Source: Mustelus asterias (lineage: Eukaryota). From it: 64,000 nt of DNA. The position numbers and the translations under genes are program-made. Below are positions 60,926 through 64,000 of the stretch, piece by piece. Each line of letters begins with the position of its first letter. The stretch's first letter is position 1. The stretch spans positions 310,001-374,000 of the forward strand of contig NC_135823.1 in assembly GCF_964213995.1 (NCBI RefSeq), written 5' to 3'. A model generated the notes under the pieces. It ran no database searches, had not been told where the DNA came from, and was given only the letters and a program-made list of their open reading frames with translations.

Positions 60926-61649
60926 TAAGATGGAGGAGTATTGATACATGAGCTGATTCGGACAGTCTGAGGTAAATAGCAGGACGTTTCCTTGTCCATG
61001 GGTGTGCTGTTGGCAAGTAACGTCTTGTGCTCTGGAGAAGATTTTGGGAACTCAGTGTATAAATCTGAGATTCTACCTCCGTTCCGACTGCATGCTACTG
61101 TAGCGCCACCTCAGGGATGGTGATGGTGGTGTCTGGGACTTCCTCTGCCGGATGTGATTCCCTGAGTATGACGATTACAACCTTTTCCTTTCCTATTCGG
61201 AAAGAAGGAGCCGGCGGTGGAAGGGGGAGGGTGGGGGGGGGGGGGGGGTGGTGGGGGGGGGGGGGGGGGTGGAGGGGGGGGGGTGGGGGGGGGGAGAGAG
61301 AGGGAGGTGGGTAGGAATGCATTTCCTCTAAATTTGGAAGAGGCCCCCAGACGTTCTTAAGGACTACTTTGATGGGTCAACAGATTTGAGTTCGCATTTT
61401 ATTTCTGCTGTTGTTTTTGGTGTCTCCATCAATGTTGAGCGAATCTCCCTGATCTAGTCCTATTGTGCTGTTTTTATCCAATGGGGTGACATAAAAGCTA
61501 TCTCAGAGGTCTGGAATCATAAGTAGGCAAGGTCAGACTGGGCGCAGAGCGACCATTTCATTCACTAAATGAGAAAAAATGTATGCAATGTTTCTTTATG
61601 ACGATCGATCACGGTTTCGGGGTCTCTATAACTGGGGCGTGTTTTTGGA

Positions 61650-63580
61650 ACCATAGAACCATAGAAAATTACAGCTCAGAAACAGGCCTTTTGGCCCTTC
61701 TTGTCTGTGCCGAACCATTTTATGCCTAGTCCCACTGACCTGCAATTGGACCATATCCCTCCACACCCCTCTCATCCATGAACCCGTCCAAGTTTTTCTT
61801 AAATGCATTAACCGCTTTATCCGGCAGCTCATTCCACACTCCCACCACTCTCTGCGTGAAGAAGCCCCCCCTAATATTCCCTTTAAACTTTTCTCCTTTC
61901 ACCCTTAACCCATGCCCTCTGGTTTTTTTCTCCCCTAGCCTCAGTGGCAAAAGCCTGCTTGCATTCACTCTATCCATACCCATCAAAATCTTATACACCT
62001 CTATCAAATCTCCCCACAATCTTCTACGCTCCAGGGAATAAAGTCCCAACCTATTCAATCTCTCCCTGTAACTCAGCTTCTCAAGTCCCGGCAACATCCT
62101 TGTGAACTTTCTCTGCACTATTTCAATCTTATTTACATCCTTCCTGTAATTAGGTGACCAAAACTGTCCACAATACTCCAAATTCGGCCTTATATAACCT
62201 TACCATAACACTCCAACTTTTATACTCGATACTCCGATTGATAAAGGCCAATGTACCAAAGGCACTCGTTACGATCCTATCCACCTGTGACGTCACTTTT
62301 AGGGAATTCTGTACCTGTATTCCCAGATCCCTCTGTTCAACTGCACTCTTCAGAGTCCTACCATTTACGCTGTACGTTCTTCTTTTGTTTGTCCTTCCAA
62401 AGTGCAATATCTCACCCTTGTCTGCGTTAAATTCCATTTGCCACTTTTCAGCCCATTTTTCTAGTTGGTCCAAATCCCTCTGCAAGCTTTGAAAACCTTC
62501 CTCACTGTCCACTACACCTCCAATCTTTGTATCATCAGCAAACTTGCTGATCCAATTGACCACAGTATCATCCAGATCATTGACATAGATGACAAACAAC
62601 AATGGACCCAACACCGATCCCTGCGGCACACCACTAGTCACAGGCCTCCACTCAGAGAAGCAATCCTTCACAACCACTCTCTGGCTTCTTCCATTGAGCC
62701 AGTGTCTTATCCAATTTACTACCTCCCCATGTATACCTAGCGACTGAACCTTCCGAACTAACCTCCCATGAGGGACCTTGTCAAAGGCCTTGCTGAAATC
62801 CAGGTAGACAACATCCACTGCCTTCCCTTCATCCACTTTCCTGGTAACCTCCTCAATAAACTCTAATAGATTGGTCAAACATGACCTACCACGCACAAAG
62901 CCATGTTGACTTTCCCTAATAAGTCCCTGTCTATCCAAATATTTGTAGATCCTATCCCTTATCACACCTTCCAATAACCTGCCCACCACCGACGTCAAAC
63001 TTACTGGCCGATAATTTCCCGGATTTCTTTTGGAACCTTTTTTAAACAACGGAACAATTTGAGCCACCCTCCAATCATCCGGCACCTCCCCCGTGAATAC
63101 TGACATTTTAAATATGTCTGCCAGGGCCCCTGCAAGTTCAACACTAGCTTCCCTCAAAGTCCGTGGGAATACCCTGTCCGGTCCTGGGGATTTATCCACT
63201 CTGATTTGCCTCAAGACAGCGAGCACCTCCTCCCCTTTAATCTGTAAATGTTCCATGGCCTCCCTACCAGTTTGCCGTATTTCCGTAGACTCCATGCCCG
63301 TTTCCTCAGTAAATACGGATGCAAAAAAACCATTTAGTATCTCCCCCATCTCTTTTGGTTCCATACACAGTCAACCACTCTGGTCTTCAAGAGGACCAAT
63401 TTTATCCCTCACTATCCTTTTGCTCCTAACATACCTATAGAAGCTCTTTGGATTTTCCTTCACTCTGTCTGCCAAAGCAACCTCATGTCTTCTTTTAGCC
63501 CTCCTGATTTCCCTCTTAAGTAGCTTCTTGCACTTTTTATACTCCTCGAGCATCTGATGTGTTCCTTGCTGCCTGTACAT
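61650..63580 (-). mobile_element. CR1 LINE, 1.9 kb (404-aa RT ORF)
   Basis: RT motifs; (ccatagaa)n tail. Confidence 0.96.
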
Positions 63581-64000
63581 TGGATTGTTATTTCTGTTAT
63601 TTCCGTTATTAACAGAATTTTAATTCCACATTTTCCGAATTCGAATTCCACATTTTCCGAATTCTATTCCATATCCCAAACGGATTTGCCTGGACATGTC
63701 GACTGATATTACCACCGTTGCACTGTGCCCCTGTTTCACAAGTCAAGTGGTCTACTTCTCTTACACGATATTTTAATTTAAAAATTAATGGCATGGTTTT
63801 TCATTTGAAGTATTTCATGGCCAATATTCATCCCAGATTGCCTATGATCCACATGCCATTTTCATGTGTTATGCATTACGAATGAACTGATATGATACTG
63901 ATTTGACACCTATATATATGATTTCATCTATTTCCCAGGTTCAGTGGTGGTGCACAACCATACACTTAAAGCATTTTTCTGCATTGGACAAAGGTCGACA

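Overview
Repeat-dense (roughly three quarters TE and simple repeat, my estimate) draft genomic DNA with several N gaps. It is almost certainly from a shark or ray, judged by the HE1-type V-SINEs, CR1 LINEs, Rex1/Babar-like LINE ends, Penelope-like ends with hammerhead cores and solo LTRs. Manual splicing gives one complete host gene on the minus strand (40491-51831, 8 coding exons, about 340-346 aa). Its architecture is leader, V domain with a germline-joined J-like G strand and no RSS, C1 domain, Cys stalk, uncharged TM and a cytoplasmic tail ending in an ITIM-like YASL motif. This is a non-rearranging antigen-receptor-like (VJ-C1 / PRARP-like) IgSF receptor. Its promoter (two NFAT:AP-1-like composites plus a RUNX site) has a diverged homologue 38 kb away on the plus strand (~13330-13570). 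That homologue precedes a phase-1 leader exon with a premature TGA, implying a convergent (tail-to-tail) paralogue that now looks pseudogenised. Three small in-frame minus-strand exons at 2071-4252 may belong to another gene leaving the window. Almost all other ORFs in the track are TE fragments, antisense shadows or low-complexity artefacts. All calls are by eye; no database searches were run, and repeat boundaries are approximate.
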